From Prasinococcaceae sp. CCMP 1430 (lineage: Eukaryota > Plantae > Prasinodermophyta): a DNA stretch of 64,000 bases. The position numbers were made by a program, and so were the translations under genes. The DNA lies in the NCBI GenBank assembly GCA_013416795.1, contig RQSC01000027.1:124001-188000 (forward strand). The letters are read 5' to 3'. Under the pieces are notes generated by a model. The model searched no databases, was not told where the DNA came from, and saw nothing but the letters and a program-made list of their open reading frames with translations. Shown here piece by piece: positions 10,307 through 22,124 of this stretch; within the stretch, counting starts at the first letter, position 1, and each line of letters opens with the position of its first letter.

Positions 10307-12454
10307 ATGCGAGACGAGGCGTCGCCGGCGGGCGGCACGCCGGCGCCGGCGCCGGCACCTGTGGCGACTGGCGCGCAGCAGCTTCTGGCCAGAGCGGCGG
10401 CCTTCACGGCGAAATTCGCGGCCGGGATCGGTATCTCGTCCATCTCGAGGGTGTTCTCCTCGGCGGCAGGCAGCGCAACCCCCGGTGAGAAGCGCCCGCG
10501 CGGCGACGACGGCAGTGAACACCCCTCGCGGCCTCGCGGGGAGCAGGAAAAGGAGCTGCCCTTGGCCAGCGCAGGCATCGGCGACGGGGGGGAGGGAGAA
10601 CGTCGGGTGAGGCGCAAGCGCGACGGCGGATCGCCTCTGGTTTCACCTGCCGCGCAGCCCTCGTCGCAGCAGATCGCCGGCTTTCGCACGCCCGCGTGGC
10701 GGCCGACTCCCAGTCGCTGGCAGGGAAGGACAGCTCGTGCGGACTCGCTGCGCGCTACGCCCAGCTCTCGCGCTACAACCACGCAGCTGAAAGTCCGCCA
10801 GGATCGTCAACAGAAGCAGCAGCTGGAGGAGCAACAGCCTCGCACGCCCGCGGTCACATTTGCCAGCGGCGCGTGCGAGGAACCTGTAGGTGCCCCGCTC
10901 TCGCCTGGCACAGGCGAGTTGGCGAGGCTTGCATCGGGGGGGAGCCGCCGGATCGCTCCTGGCAGCGCACGCAGGGGCACGCCGTCTCTCTCAAGGCGGA
11001 GGGGTACCCCGTTTGCCCGTCCCGGCGCGCTCACACCCGGATCGAGCGCCCGCAGGCAACGCTACATCACGCCGGTGCGCGGGTTGGCACCCGAGATCGC
11101 AGCGCTCGTCATGGAGTCGGTGGAGAAGATGAACAAGTTGAGGGATGAGGTGCTCGAGCAGCGCGAGGAGTACAGTCGAATGCTGAGCACCATGCAAGCC
11201 AATACGACGCCGGCGGTGAAGTCTCCGAGCGTGCAGACGCCACCGGACGTCATCGGTGGCAGGAACAATCCCGTGGATCTCCTCGGCGCCTCTCCAGCAG
11301 GCGGCGACGGCGGGGCGGGGCGCGCCCATCTTGGCAGCGCAGCTGGCAGCCCCATTCCCGCGGACCTGGTGAAGCGCATGGAGCGCGTGCGCGTGACAAC
11401 GCGCGCGTCAGCCAAGGCGCACGCGCAAAAGGAGGAGGAGCTCGCCGCCATGGAGGATCTGCTCCAACAGCAGCAGGCCAACCGGGCCGCGGCACAGACG
11501 CGCAAGTCAGAGGCGGCGCTCAAAGCCGAGTTCCCGGCGGCGTACCGCGCGCGGCGCCCTGGCAGTGAGGTGATATCTGACAACAGGACAGAGAGTGGTC
11601 GGACGCCGAGCGGCCAAGGAAGCGGGCACGGGGTCGTCGAGGAAGATGTGGCGGAGGTTGAGGGCGCGGAGGACCCGGCCCTCACGCCGCTGACCCCCGA
11701 GGAGGAGGAGAAGGTGCTCGATGCTCTGGACGAAACCATACAGCCGCGCAACGAGCAGCTGGCTTTCCACAAGGACGAGGGCGCTCCGTGCACCAGGTAC
11801 GACTTCGCCAGCATGCGGGGCGGAGAGTGGCTGAACGATGAGGTCATCAATTTCTATCTTAGGATGATCAAGGACAGACAGGTCAGGGACGCAGAAGCGG
11901 GTGGTCGGCTGCCGAAGGTGTGGGTCTGGACCACGATGTTCTACAAGAAGCTGTATTCGGTGGAAAGCGGGAGCTACGTTGGGAAGTACGATTACAAGGG
12001 AGTCAAGAGGTGGACATTGCCCGCGAGGCTGAAAGCGCGAAAGCTGCCTGCGGAGAGCGTGTTTGACGTGGACAAGATCATCGTCCCCTTGCACCAGGAG
12101 GTGCACTGGACCGTCTGCGTCATCGACCTGCGCGCCAAGCGCCTGACATTCTACGACTCCATGCACCACTCGGACGTTCTGAATGCGCTCACGAACCTCA
12201 AACGCTGGCTGTCCGATGAACATCAGGCCAAGAAAGGCGAGCCCCTCGACCTGTCCGACTGGGAGGTGGTCGAGCGGCCGCACGAGCACGGCGAGGCTGT
12301 GCCCTCGCAGTTGAATGGTGTCGACTGCGGCGTGTTCATGCTGAAGATGGCCGAGTACCAGGCCCGGGACGCAAAGATGACCTTCTCGCAGGACGACATG
12401 CCTTTCTTCAGGCGGCGCATTGTCGCCGACATCCTCAATGGCAAGATCGCCTGA
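10307..12454 (+). CDS. ULP1: Ulp1/SENP-family SUMO protease (peptidase C48) with long disordered N-terminus
   Basis: GEWLNDEVINFY, TTMFYKKL, IIVPLHQEVHWTVCVID, FYDSM and SQLNGVDCGVFM give the His-Asp-Cys triad and the oxyanion Gln. Confidence 0.92.
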   Translation: MRDEASPAGGTPAPAPAPVATGAQQLLARAAAFTAKFAAGIGISSISRVFSSAAGSATPGEKRPRGDDGSEHPSRPRGEQEKELPLASAGIGDGGEGERRVRRKRDGGSPLVSPAAQPSSQQIAGFRTPAWRPTPSRWQGRTARADSLRATPSSRATTTQLKVRQDRQQKQQLEEQQPRTPAVTFASGACEEPVGAPLSPGTGELARLASGGSRRIAPGSARRGTPSLSRRRGTPFARPGALTPGSSARRQRYITPVRGLAPEIAALVMESVEKMNKLRDEVLEQREEYSRMLSTMQANTTPAVKSPSVQTPPDVIGGRNNPVDLLGASPAGGDGGAGRAHLGSAAGSPIPADLVKRMERVRVTTRASAKAHAQKEEELAAMEDLLQQQQANRAAAQTRKSEAALKAEFPAAYRARRPGSEVISDNRTESGRTPSGQGSGHGVVEEDVAEVEGAEDPALTPLTPEEEEKVLDALDETIQPRNEQLAFHKDEGAPCTRYDFASMRGGEWLNDEVINFYLRMIKDRQVRDAEAGGRLPKVWVWTTMFYKKLYSVESGSYVGKYDYKGVKRWTLPARLKARKLPAESVFDVDKIIVPLHQEVHWTVCVIDLRAKRLTFYDSMHHSDVLNALTNLKRWLSDEHQAKKGEPLDLSDWEVVERPHEHGEAVPSQLNGVDCGVFMLKMAEYQARDAKMTFSQDDMPFFRRRIVADILNGKIA

Positions 12455-12596
12455 CGCGCGAGAGGGCGCGCGCGCTCGGCTGGCCGCGCGCGTGCCCACG
12501 TAACGACGCCAGCTGCGAAACCAAACGCACGCACCCTGCCCGCGCCGCCGGTGGCGCAGCCTGGCGCTCCCCGCACGTTCTCTTGAGTTGTTAATC

Positions 12597-12601
12597 TTAC
12601 A
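12597..12601 (-). terminator. Candidate TGTAA polyadenylation signal of BCCP
   Basis: TGTAA on the minus strand about 40 nt after the BCCP stop. TGTAA is the established chlorophyte poly(A) signal. Confidence 0.4.
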
Positions 12602-12638
12602 TTCGCGGCGCCCGCACGGGCGCGCAGCCTAACGCTGC

Positions 12639-12717
12639 CTAGCCAATGAGGATGAGCGGGGTGCCAACGTCAACGGCACCGCCGTCGTCAGTCAGGATCT
12701 CCTTGACGGTACCGCTC

Positions 12718-12749
<32 letters not shown>

Positions 12750-13199
12750 TGCCTCGATGATGCACAGCGTCTGTCCAACGGTGACCGAATCGCCGACCTT
12801 GACGAAAGGCGGCTCGCCGGGGGCGGGGCAGCGGTACATGGTGCCCGCCATGGGCGAGAGCATGGCACCAGCCGGTGGCGCAGCGTCGGCCGCCGGCGCA
12901 GCGGCCGGCGGCGGCGGCGGCGCAGCAGCGGCGGGCTCGGGCTCGGCAGCAGGCGCAGCGGGCGGCAGCGAACCCATCGGCATCGGCGCGCCCATCATCT
13001 GCGGCATCATCATCGGCGCCGCCGCGGCAGGGGGGGGCTCGAGCGCCTCCGCCTTCTTCACCGACACGGAGAGCGCCGACGACTTAACGTCCAGCTCGAC
13101 GATGTCCGAGTCGTCCACCATGCGGATGATGTTGGAGATCTCCTCGAACTGCTCCTCCGTAATGGTGACCGGCTGGTCGGCGGCGCGGGCAGGCACCAT
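12639..13199 (-). CDS. accB: Biotin carboxyl carrier protein of plastid heteromeric acetyl-CoA carboxylase, last exon (upstream exons unresolved, near a gap)
   Basis: SPMAGTMYRCPAPGEPPFVKVGD...IIEAMKLMNEIEAE carries the biotinylated EAMK lysine. A Pro/Ala hinge and an N-terminal IRMVDDSDIVELDV segment are present. Acceptor CAG at 13202-13200. Confidence 0.93.
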
Positions 13200-13632
13200 C
13201 TGCGTTCCCACCACAAGCGAAGAGGACGGGAAGTGGGGTGGGGAGGGGAGGGGGGAGGGAGGGAGCAGGCGGACACGGATGCGTGTCAGCGATGGTCTTC
13301 CTGCGGCACGCAAGCGCCCACGCGTGCAGGCACGAACGCGCATGGGAGCGCGCACGAACGCGAGCGAGAGCGCGAGAGCGAGGGCATGAGACCCTGCCGT
13401 GCTCAGTGCCCGGCGCCGGCTGGCAGAGCTCAGCGAGGTTCATCTGAGCGCGGAGCGCAACGCTCACGCGCCGGCCAGCAAGCGCGCCCCGTGCAGTAAC
13501 CGCGCGCGCGCGCGACGTGGTGGTGGACCCCCCACCCCCCCCACCCCCTTCCCCCTTGCTACGCCCACCTGCCCCCCTCTTCACCCCTACGCGGCCGCAC
13601 GCGCGCCGCGGCACCCGCCCCGCGCGCCCGCG

Positions 13633-14623
13633 NNNNNNNNNNNNNNNNNNNNNNNNNNNNNNNNNNNNNNNNNNNNNNNNNNNNNNNNNNNNNNNNNNNN
13701 NNNNNNNNNNNNNNNNNNNNNNNNNNNNNNNNNNNNNNNNNNNNNNNNNNNNNNNNNNNNNNNNNNNNNNNNNNNNNNNNNNNNNNNNNNNNNNNNNNNN
13801 NNNNNNNNNNNNNNNNNNNNNNNNNNNNNNNNNNNNNNNNNNNNNNNNNNNNNNNNNNNNNNNNNNNNNNNNNNNNNNNNNNNNNNNNNNNNNNNNNNNN
13901 NNNNNNNNNNNNNNNNNNNNNNNNNNNNNNNNNNNNNNNNNNNNNNNNNNNNNNNNNNNNNNNNNNNNNNNNNNNNNNNNNNNNNNNNNNNNNNNNNNNN
14001 NNNNNNNNNNNNNNNNNNNNNNNNNNNNNNNNNNNNNNNNNNNNNNNNNNNNNNNNNNNNNNNNNNNNNNNNNNNNNNNNNNNNNNNNNNNNNNNNNNNN
14101 NNNNNNNNNNNNNNNNNNNNNNNNNNNNNNNNNNNNNNNNNNNNNNNNNNNNNNNNNNNNNNNNNNNNNNNNNNNNNNNNNNNNNNNNNNNNNNNNNNNN
14201 NNNNNNNNNNNNNNNNNNNNNNNNNNNNNNNNNNNNNNNNNNNNNNNNNNNNNNNNNNNNNNNNNNNNNNNNNNNNNNNNNNNNNNNNNNNNNNNNNNNN
14301 NNNNNNNNNNNNNNNNNNNNNNNNNNNNNNNNNNNNNNNNNNNNNNNNNNNNNNNNNNNNNNNNNNNNNNNNNNNNNNNNNNNNNNNNNNNNNNNNNNNN
14401 NNNNNNNNNNNNNNNNNNNNNNNNNNNNNNNNNNNNNNNNNNNNNNNNNNNNNNNNNNNNNNNNNNNNNNNNNNNNNNNNNNNNNNNNNNNNNNNNNNNN
14501 NNNNNNNNNNNNNNNNNNNNNNNNNNNNNNNNNNNNNNNNNNNNNNNNNNNNNNNNNNNNNNNNNNNNNNNNNNNNNNNNNNNNNNNNNNNNNNNNNNNN
14601 NNNNNNNNNNNNNNNNNNNNNNN
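13633..14623. other. Assembly gap (991 N)
   Basis: Run of N flanked by CG-rich sequence; may hide the BCCP 5' region. Confidence 1.
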
Positions 14624-14738
14624 CGCGGCGGCGCGGCGCTTCGGCGGCGCGTGCGCGCGCGGCGCCCGCCCAGCTGCTCACCATTAACTTACGCCCGCTC
14701 GCCCCTCCCCCCTGCCGCCACTATGTCACACGCGCGCG

Positions 14739-15350
14739 CTACTCCTTCGGGAACAGCGTCTCCACGTTCTTGGACAGCTTCTTCGCGGTGTCGCTCTTGG
14801 AGAACGCGTTGAACGCCTGAATGGGGTTCTTGATGGCGTTGGAGACCTTCTCGACGGGCGCCTCGAGCTCGGGCGAGCCCTTCGGGGGGATCATAGTCAC
14901 GTTGTTGGACGTGAAGGACGACGCCGGGTTCGCCTTGTCCACGAGCTTGAACCCCCACGACAGCTCCGGCGCCTTGCGCAGGTTCGGGTACTGCGCGAGC
15001 GTCGCCTCCTTGACCTTCTCCTCGTCGCCGTAAATGAGGTTGCCGATCTCGCGCACGAGCGCGCCGCCCGCGATGCCCTTGGACCACTCGGTCTCCATGC
15101 CCTTGGTCATCACCTCCGCCTGCGAGCCGCCGTTCATGAACGTCACCGGGTACCACATGGGCAGCCGCGACGACTTGACCATGATGAGGAAGACCGGGCC
15201 CTCCGTCGACGAGAAGTCGGGCATGGTCGGGCCGGCCGGGCCCGCCTGCTGCTTGCGCCCGGGCACCGTGCGGTTGCGCGACTTGCCCTTGCACACGGCG
15301 GCCGAGCGGCGCGGTCCGGCGGCCACCGAGCGCATCGCGGCGGCGGACAT
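14739..15350 (-). CDS. HHL1: HHL1-like (hypersensitive to high light 1) chloroplast protein
   Basis: Transit-like N-terminus, then PVFLIMVKSSRLPMWYPVTFMNGG, IGNLIYGDEEKVKEATLAQYPNLRKAPELSWGFKLVD. This parallels plant HHL1 (FVIF..WYPL..GG..IY.DE....A..Q...L......GYK) as I recall it. Confidence 0.8.
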   Translation of the reverse strand: MSAAAMRSVAAGPRRSAAVCKGKSRNRTVPGRKQQAGPAGPTMPDFSSTEGPVFLIMVKSSRLPMWYPVTFMNGGSQAEVMTKGMETEWSKGIAGGALVREIGNLIYGDEEKVKEATLAQYPNLRKAPELSWGFKLVDKANPASSFTSNNVTMIPPKGSPELEAPVEKVSNAIKNPIQAFNAFSKSDTAKKLSKNVETLFPKE

Positions 15351-15563
15351 GGCGGCGACGGTGGGCGGGCACAGGCGCTGGTCGCGCGCGGTGTGGTCCC
15401 AGCAGCGGACCGTCCCCACACTCCCGCCCTCCCCCCCCTCTTCCCCCGCGCCGCCCCAGCGCCCGCACGCGCGCGCGCACCTCCCCCGGAAGGGAAGCGA
15501 AAAAAAAAAACTGCCTGCGTTTTGACGTGCGCTCCGGGACAATGGATAGGGTGTGCAGCGCGC

Positions 15564-15882
15564 NNNNNNNNNNNNNNNNNNNNNNNNNNNNNNNNNNNNN
15601 NNNNNNNNNNNNNNNNNNNNNNNNNNNNNNNNNNNNNNNNNNNNNNNNNNNNNNNNNNNNNNNNNNNNNNNNNNNNNNNNNNNNNNNNNNNNNNNNNNNN
15701 NNNNNNNNNNNNNNNNNNNNNNNNNNNNNNNNNNNNNNNNNNNNNNNNNNNNNNNNNNNNNNNNNNNNNNNNNNNNNNNNNNNNNNNNNNNNNNNNNNNN
15801 NNNNNNNNNNNNNNNNNNNNNNNNNNNNNNNNNNNNNNNNNNNNNNNNNNNNNNNNNNNNNNNNNNNNNNNNNNNNNNNNNN
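15564..15882. other. Assembly gap (319 N)
   Basis: Run of N between the HHL1 5' end and the PGAP1 5' end. Confidence 1.
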
Positions 15883-18800
15883 GCGCGCGGGGGGGGTCGG
15901 CGCGGCGCTGGGCGCTCGCGCTGCTCGCCGCAGCGGTGGCGGCCGCACCGGCGGTGGTGACGCTGCGCGCAGCGCTGCGCGGACGCGAGGCGGATGCGGC
16001 GCTCGCCAATCAGTGCGCGATGACGTACATGCGTCCGCAGTACCATCGGGTGGACGGGGAGCTCGGTCTGGGCTGGAGCGGCGGCGAGGGGGATGGGGAG
16101 GACGGCGGCGAGTACGCAGGGCCATATGCGGTGTACCGCTACCTCGACGGCACAGCAAAGCACGCGCCGCTTGGTGGCGCGTCCGCCGCCGCTGACGAGG
16201 CGGGGCCTCGCGCGAACCCGGTGCTTTTCGTGCCGGGCAATGCGGGCGCCTACGAGCAGTGCCGCTCGCTCGGCGGGGAGGCCGCCAAGGCATGGTCACT
16301 CAGGCTCGGAAGGCGCAGTGCCACAAACGAGTGGATGGCGGAGGCGCACGTGTATGCGGTCGACCTCGGCGAGGAGCTGGGAGGGGCGAGCGGCGCGCTG
16401 CTGAGGCGGCAGGCGGCGTATGTGCAGCGTACGATGAGCGCTCTCGCGAGTGCCTACGCCACGCGCGTGGTCGTGGTGGGCCACTCGTTTGGCGCGCTTG
16501 TCGCGCGGCGCGCGGCCGCAGCAGCGATTGGCGAGGCGCTGGCGCGCAACGGCTCGTCCCCGGTGCGTGCACTGCTGAACGTGGCGAGCGCGTCGCGCGC
16601 TCCTCCTCTCGCGTCGGGCGCGCAGCACGCTCTGGGAGCGCTGTACTCCGCCGCGGATGCCGCGTGGGCGGCACTGCCCAGGAGCGTCGCCGGCAACGTG
16701 ACGGTGATGGACGTGCACGCGGGCCACCTGGACGACATGGTGCGTGCGTCGGACAGCGAGGGTGCACCGGGCGATGTGCCGCTCGCGCTTTCGACCGGCC
16801 TGCCGTCCGTTCCTGGCGCGTGGCTGGCCACCGATCATCTCGCCGCCGTGTGGTGCAACCAGCTCGCCAAGCCTATGGCGGAGAGCCTGCTCGCGATGGA
16901 ACCGCTCGAGCTGGACGCGCCGCCCGAGCGCGTGGCGTCTGTTGCGCGAGCAACGCGCGCGCGTCTGCAGGTGCGTTTCGCACCGGACCCGCGGCGCGCG
17001 ATGGGCGGCGCAGACCTGCGCCCGGCGTCCGCGGCGCTGGGCGGCTGCGCCCGTGCCGGGCGCGCCGGCGGCAGCGTCAGCACGCCTGCTGCGCCACACG
17101 CGCTCTCGCCCTCCGACAAGGTGGTCACATCGCAGACCTCCGGCCAGTGGTCTTGGAACGTCACAGAGATGTCCGCCGAGGGCACCGGCGCCTTCGTGCT
17201 CCTCGTCAGCGGCGAGCCGTGCAGGGCCTTTCGCGTGCAGGCATGGGGCTCAAACACGCGCGAGGGCCCCATTGGGGAGTACACCGCATGGGCGTATCCG
17301 CTGCCCGCGGGCATGCTCAGCCTCGGCGACGGAAACGTCGCCGACGTCAACAGCAACAGCGCGAGTGCGCAAAAGGGCACGGCTGGCCTGTACGACTACG
17401 CGCTGGTGCTCCTGGCGTCGCACGACCTGCGCCGGGCGAGCCTCCTGACGGTCACCAGCGACGAGTCGGTGGCCATGCTCGCCAGCTGGGTGGAGCCCGA
17501 CCACCTGACGTACTCGCTGCAGGGATACGGCGGTACGGTCGGCCAGTATATTGTCGCTGGTCTGACAGGCACGCCCGTCGAGCAGCGCCTGCGCATGCCG
17601 CGGTCGCCCGTGAGCCGCCTCCAGCTGCCCGTCTCGCCGGCGTGGATTCCCGCGCACATCGCTCTGCGCAGGGCGGGCCGCGATGCGCACTCGGGCAGGG
17701 CGTACGGCGTGTCAAAGCCGGCGGCGGTGCCGGTGGGGGTGCCGGCGTACAGCTCGCTCACGACGCTGACGTACGACGGGCGCTCGGGGCTCGTGCGCAC
17801 CGAGCTGCCGGTGCGCGACCTCGCGCCTGCCGACGCGCTCTCCGAGGTGGCGATGGTGCTCGAGCCCTCGGCTGACCTCTTCGTGGTCGTTGAGCCCGAC
17901 ATGAGCCGCGCGGCGTGGGCGTTTGCCAAGGGGCGCCTGGCAAAGGCCGCGTACCCGATGGCACTGAGCGCGATGCTGCTCGCACTGGCGGGGGCAGAGG
18001 CCGTGGCTGAGCCCACAGCGCGCCTCGGTGCGTTCTTCGCCGCCACGTCTTTGCGCGTCATGCCGCTCTACCCGGCAGCGCTCGCGGCGGCAGCGGGCGC
18101 GGCGCGCGCGGCCGGCATTGGTGGCGAGGGCACGTACAGCTGGGCTGCGCCGGCGATGGTCGCGCTGCTGTATGTCGTGTCGCTGCCGCTCGCGCAGGCA
18201 ACCGCACTGGCGACTGCGATGCTCGTGCGCTGCCTCTCGCACGTGAGTCGCGTCGGTGGCGCCCTCAGCGCCACGGGTGGCATGGGGGGGGTCGTGGCCA
18301 TGCTATCCGAGAGGGGGAGGCGCGTTCTCGACGTCGCGAGTGCGTGCGCACTTGTGCTCAGCCCGAGCGCTGCGGCCGTGCTGGGCGTCGCGCGCACGCT
18401 GGGCGCGGCGGCAGCAGCGAGGAGGGCGTGCGCAATGGAGACACGCCCGCGGTACAAGTCACGCGAGGGTGCCGAAATCGCCGTTACCACCGTGCTGGCG
18501 CACGCCGAGCGCCTCGAGCTCTGGGCGGCAGTCAGCGCGTTCGCGTGCGTGCCGCACGTCGCCTCGCTCGCCGCCACGTGCCTCGCTCGCGGCGCCTGGC
18601 TTGTGTCGGCACAGGGATTCGTCGCAGCCGTGGTCGGCGGCGGCAGCGTCACAGCGCACGCCTCGCTGCCAGAGGCGCTGCTGGCGGCGCCGCTGGCGCT
18701 GCTGCCGCTGTGCCTGCCGGCGGCCGGCGATGGCCTGGACGCGATGCCCGCGCTTGCTGGGTTCCACTACGCCGCCGCGGGATCTCTCGCGTGGTGCGCG

Positions 18801-18962
18801 TTCCACACGCGCGCGTACGGCGTGCCCGAGTGCTCGGCAGCCGCGCTCGGCGCGCTGTGCGTCTCGGCGCTGGCAGCGAGGCGCGTGGGCGCACGCGAGG
18901 GCGACGTGCGCACCCCGGCCGCGGGCGAGGACACCACGCACGACAGGAAGAAGACCGAGTGA
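15883..18962 (+). CDS. PGAP1: GPI inositol-deacylase PGAP1/Bst1 (start codon inside the gap)
   Basis: NQCAMTYMRPQY, PVLFVPGNAGAYEQCRSL, YAVDLGEEL, VVVVGHSFG (GxSxG lipase serine) and TDHLAAVWCNQL, with an N-terminal anchor and a C-terminal multi-TM region. Confidence 0.88.
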
Positions 18963-19274
18963 CGATGACACCGGGGCATAATAAGATCGTAATCACACAG
19001 CCGACACAGCCACGCACTGGCGCCGCGCTCACTCCGCATGCGACGCAGACGCGAGGGCGAGTGTGCAGTGCTGCGTAGTGAGGAAACGTAAGCTTAACAT
19101 ACAGTACAAAAATGCCAAGTATCCGCACCGTAGTGGTTACACCAAAATTGGAGGAATGATACACTTCGGCTTGAGAGTGAGATGACCCCACTCCCCGCCT
19201 GTATTAGTTATTATCTTGTCCGCGACGATCGCTCTGACGACGCGCACGGCGGTCCTGCGGCAATCCGCGCCGCC

Positions 19275-19815
19275 CTACGCGATGGCCGCGGACGTGGCTG
19301 CCAGGAAGGCGTCCTGCATCTGCTCACAGAAGGGCACCATCGCGAGGCTGGCCGTCGCTCGCGAAATGTTGTACGAGGTCGCGCCCTCGCCGCTGGTGGC
19401 GCACTCCATGAGGTAGGCGGACGAGGCGCCGCCGTCTCCGCCCTCGCTGACGACGATGCCATACTGCGCGTGCGTCACCACGTTGCCGCAGCTGCATACA
19501 TCGCGCCGAGGCGCAATCTCGCTCACGAGGATGACTGCGTCGGCGCCCTCCGCGGCCGCTGCGGCCTCCTGCGCGGCCGGCGCACCGCTCATCGCGATGA
19601 CGCGCTCGCCGCGCGCGACCGCGCCGAGCCTGGCGTCGACCCTACCCCCCCTACCGACGCTGCATGCTCCCTGCCGCGGCTGCTTCACCACCGTGCGCAG
19701 GTACGGCGCCGACGGCAGCGCGCGTACGATGGCCGGAGCGCGCTCCCTCACGATGCTGTCGAGCGCAGGCGTGCACACCGTGCGCGCGCGGCACGCGCGC
19801 GCGCGCCCCGCCGCC
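19275..19815 (-). CDS. Conserved hypothetical green-lineage protein (5' end in gap)
   Basis: LDSIVRERAPAIVRALPSAPYL...DAVILVSEI...YGIVVSEG...AYLMEC...TSYNISR...EQMQDAFL. The pattern recalls a plant/algal DUF family (DUF7804-like, from memory and unverified). Confidence 0.5.
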
Positions 19816-20066
19816 NNNNNNNNNNNNNNNNNNNNNNNNNNNNNNNNNNNNNNNNNNNNNNNNNNNNNNNNNNNNNNNNNNNNNNNNNNNNNNNNNNNNN
19901 NNNNNNNNNNNNNNNNNNNNNNNNNNNNNNNNNNNNNNNNNNNNNNNNNNNNNNNNNNNNNNNNNNNNNNNNNNNNNNNNNNNNNNNNNNNNNNNNNNNN
20001 NNNNNNNNNNNNNNNNNNNNNNNNNNNNNNNNNNNNNNNNNNNNNNNNNNNNNNNNNNNNNNNNNN
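19816..20066. other. Assembly gap (251 N)
   Basis: Run of N flanked by CG-alternating sequence. Confidence 1.
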
Positions 20067-20589
20067 CGCCGCGCGCGCCGCGCGTCGTCGCGGAGCCCGA
20101 AACGCGCGCCGCGCGCCGCGCGAACGCGTGCGGACACTCGATGGAAAGCGCGGTCGAACGCATCCAAAATCCATATGAAATGCACTCCGTTAAAAACCGC
20201 AGCCAGCGACAAAGCGGCAAAACACGCCCTCGATATGATACGCCCGGCTCTCTGGAGCGGATGCGGATGTGCACTCGCAGGGCACTTCCGTCCTCTTTTG
20301 CAGGTCCTTCGGAGTGCGTGGTCTACCATCAAGGATGGTACAGTACATATGTCTGTGCATGCATACGGTACTTCAGTCTAAACCCCATATCGGCCATCCA
20401 AGCGAGCGCGCACACGCTCCTCCTCATCAGTCAGCGAGCGAGAGGGGGGTGCTGCCGGCGCGCGCGCACGCGGCAGAGACCCCCTCCCGGCGCGGCCCTC
20501 TCCCACTCCCTCCCCCTGGCCGCGAGCGGCGAGGCGGGCGCGCGCGGCGCCGGCCCGGCTGGGTCCCTCCCTCACCCCACCCACCCACG

Positions 20590-20603
20590 CACACACACAC
20601 ACT

Positions 20604-20638
<35 letters not shown>
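20590..20638. repeat. (CA)n microsatellite with one interruption
   Basis: cacacacacacactgacacaca... over about 49 nt. Confidence 0.95.
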
Positions 20639-20640
<2 letters not shown>

Positions 20641-20799
20641 TCTTCCTCTCCGCACCCCTCGCCTCACCGAGCGCGAGCTCCCTTCGATTTTTTTTCCTCT
20701 CCCCCCCTCTCGCACTATTCCCCCCCTCCCCCACCACCCCCACCACCCACACCTACCGGCCGCCCCGCGGCGCGCGCGCGGCGCGCGCGCAGTGACCGC

Positions 20800-21337
20800 N
20801 NNNNNNNNNNNNNNNNNNNNNNNNNNNNNNNNNNNNNNNNNNNNNNNNNNNNNNNNNNNNNNNNNNNNNNNNNNNNNNNNNNNNNNNNNNNNNNNNNNNN
20901 NNNNNNNNNNNNNNNNNNNNNNNNNNNNNNNNNNNNNNNNNNNNNNNNNNNNNNNNNNNNNNNNNNNNNNNNNNNNNNNNNNNNNNNNNNNNNNNNNNNN
21001 NNNNNNNNNNNNNNNNNNNNNNNNNNNNNNNNNNNNNNNNNNNNNNNNNNNNNNNNNNNNNNNNNNNNNNNNNNNNNNNNNNNNNNNNNNNNNNNNNNNN
21101 NNNNNNNNNNNNNNNNNNNNNNNNNNNNNNNNNNNNNNNNNNNNNNNNNNNNNNNNNNNNNNNNNNNNNNNNNNNNNNNNNNNNNNNNNNNNNNNNNNNN
21201 NNNNNNNNNNNNNNNNNNNNNNNNNNNNNNNNNNNNNNNNNNNNNNNNNNNNNNNNNNNNNNNNNNNNNNNNNNNNNNNNNNNNNNNNNNNNNNNNNNNN
21301 NNNNNNNNNNNNNNNNNNNNNNNNNNNNNNNNNNNNN
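20800..21337. other. Assembly gap (538 N)
   Basis: Run of N; probably contains the first exon of the B12D gene. Confidence 1.
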
Positions 21338-21534
21338 CGCGGACGCGCTTCCGCTTCCCCCCGCCCCACCCACCCGCGCGCGCGCGGCGCGCGAGCGACC
21401 TGCTCGTAGCCGGCCGCTCCAGCCCGCGTGCGCCCCCACGGGCAGTTCAGTTCACCCACAGAGGCCACGCTGATGCTGACACGCCGCGGCCGCCGCTGCG
21501 ACTCGCCTGTGCGCGCCTCTTGCGCGGCCCGCAG

Positions 21535-21765
21535 GCGTACCCGCTGATTGTCGTCATTGGCGCAGCCGCGTCTGTGTGTGCGTTCCAGTGCTCGCGCCAC
21601 CTGACGTCCTCGCCGGACGTGCGCATCAACAAGGCCGACCGCGCCGCGGGCTACCTGGAAAACTTCAAGGAGGGCGCGCGCTTCAAGGACCACGCCCTCA
21701 AGCGTTTGTTCAAGGGCCGCTCGCGCCAGGTCATGGGCCCGATCAACTCGGCCATGTCCAACTAA
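21535..21765 (+). CDS. B12D: B12D / NDUFA4-like (MLRQ) small mitochondrial protein, last exon
   Basis: AYPLIVVIGAAASVCAFQCSRHLTSSPDVRINKADRAAGYLENFKEG matches plant B12D (YPL...G......R....P.VR..K..RAAG.LEN..EG). Acceptor CAG at 21532-21534. Confidence 0.85.
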   Translation, partial: AYPLIVVIGAAASVCAFQCSRHLTSSPDVRINKADRAAGYLENFKEGARFKDHALKRLFKGRSRQVMGPINSAMSN

Positions 21766-22124
21766 GGGTCGCCTTCGATGGAAGAAGACCCCTCGGCGCG
21801 GTCGCCCTTGGCGCACCCCTCGTCGGCGCGTGCGCCGCATGACCCCCGAGACTCGTCCAACGGCACGAGGCTGCGACCGACGAGCGAGTAGATTCGTTCG
21901 CAAGCCACCGCGGCCCCGGGCGGCGGTCTGCCCGCGCTTGCATTTTGGCGCGCGCATCGGACGCGATGGCCGTGGTGCGGACGCGCGCCAAGGTGACGGC
22001 ACGCGCCTCGCCACATGGACCCCCGGTAAGGACACGCAGACATTTTTGACACAGTGAGGAGTGCACGGTGGTGCCACAGCGACAGCCTATTTAAAGCTTT
22101 CGCGGACGATGCAGTGGCGGGGGC

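Noticed and set aside
13399-21765. Long ORFs containing runs of X
   Set aside because: They are artefacts of reading through N gaps and give no evidence of coding continuity.
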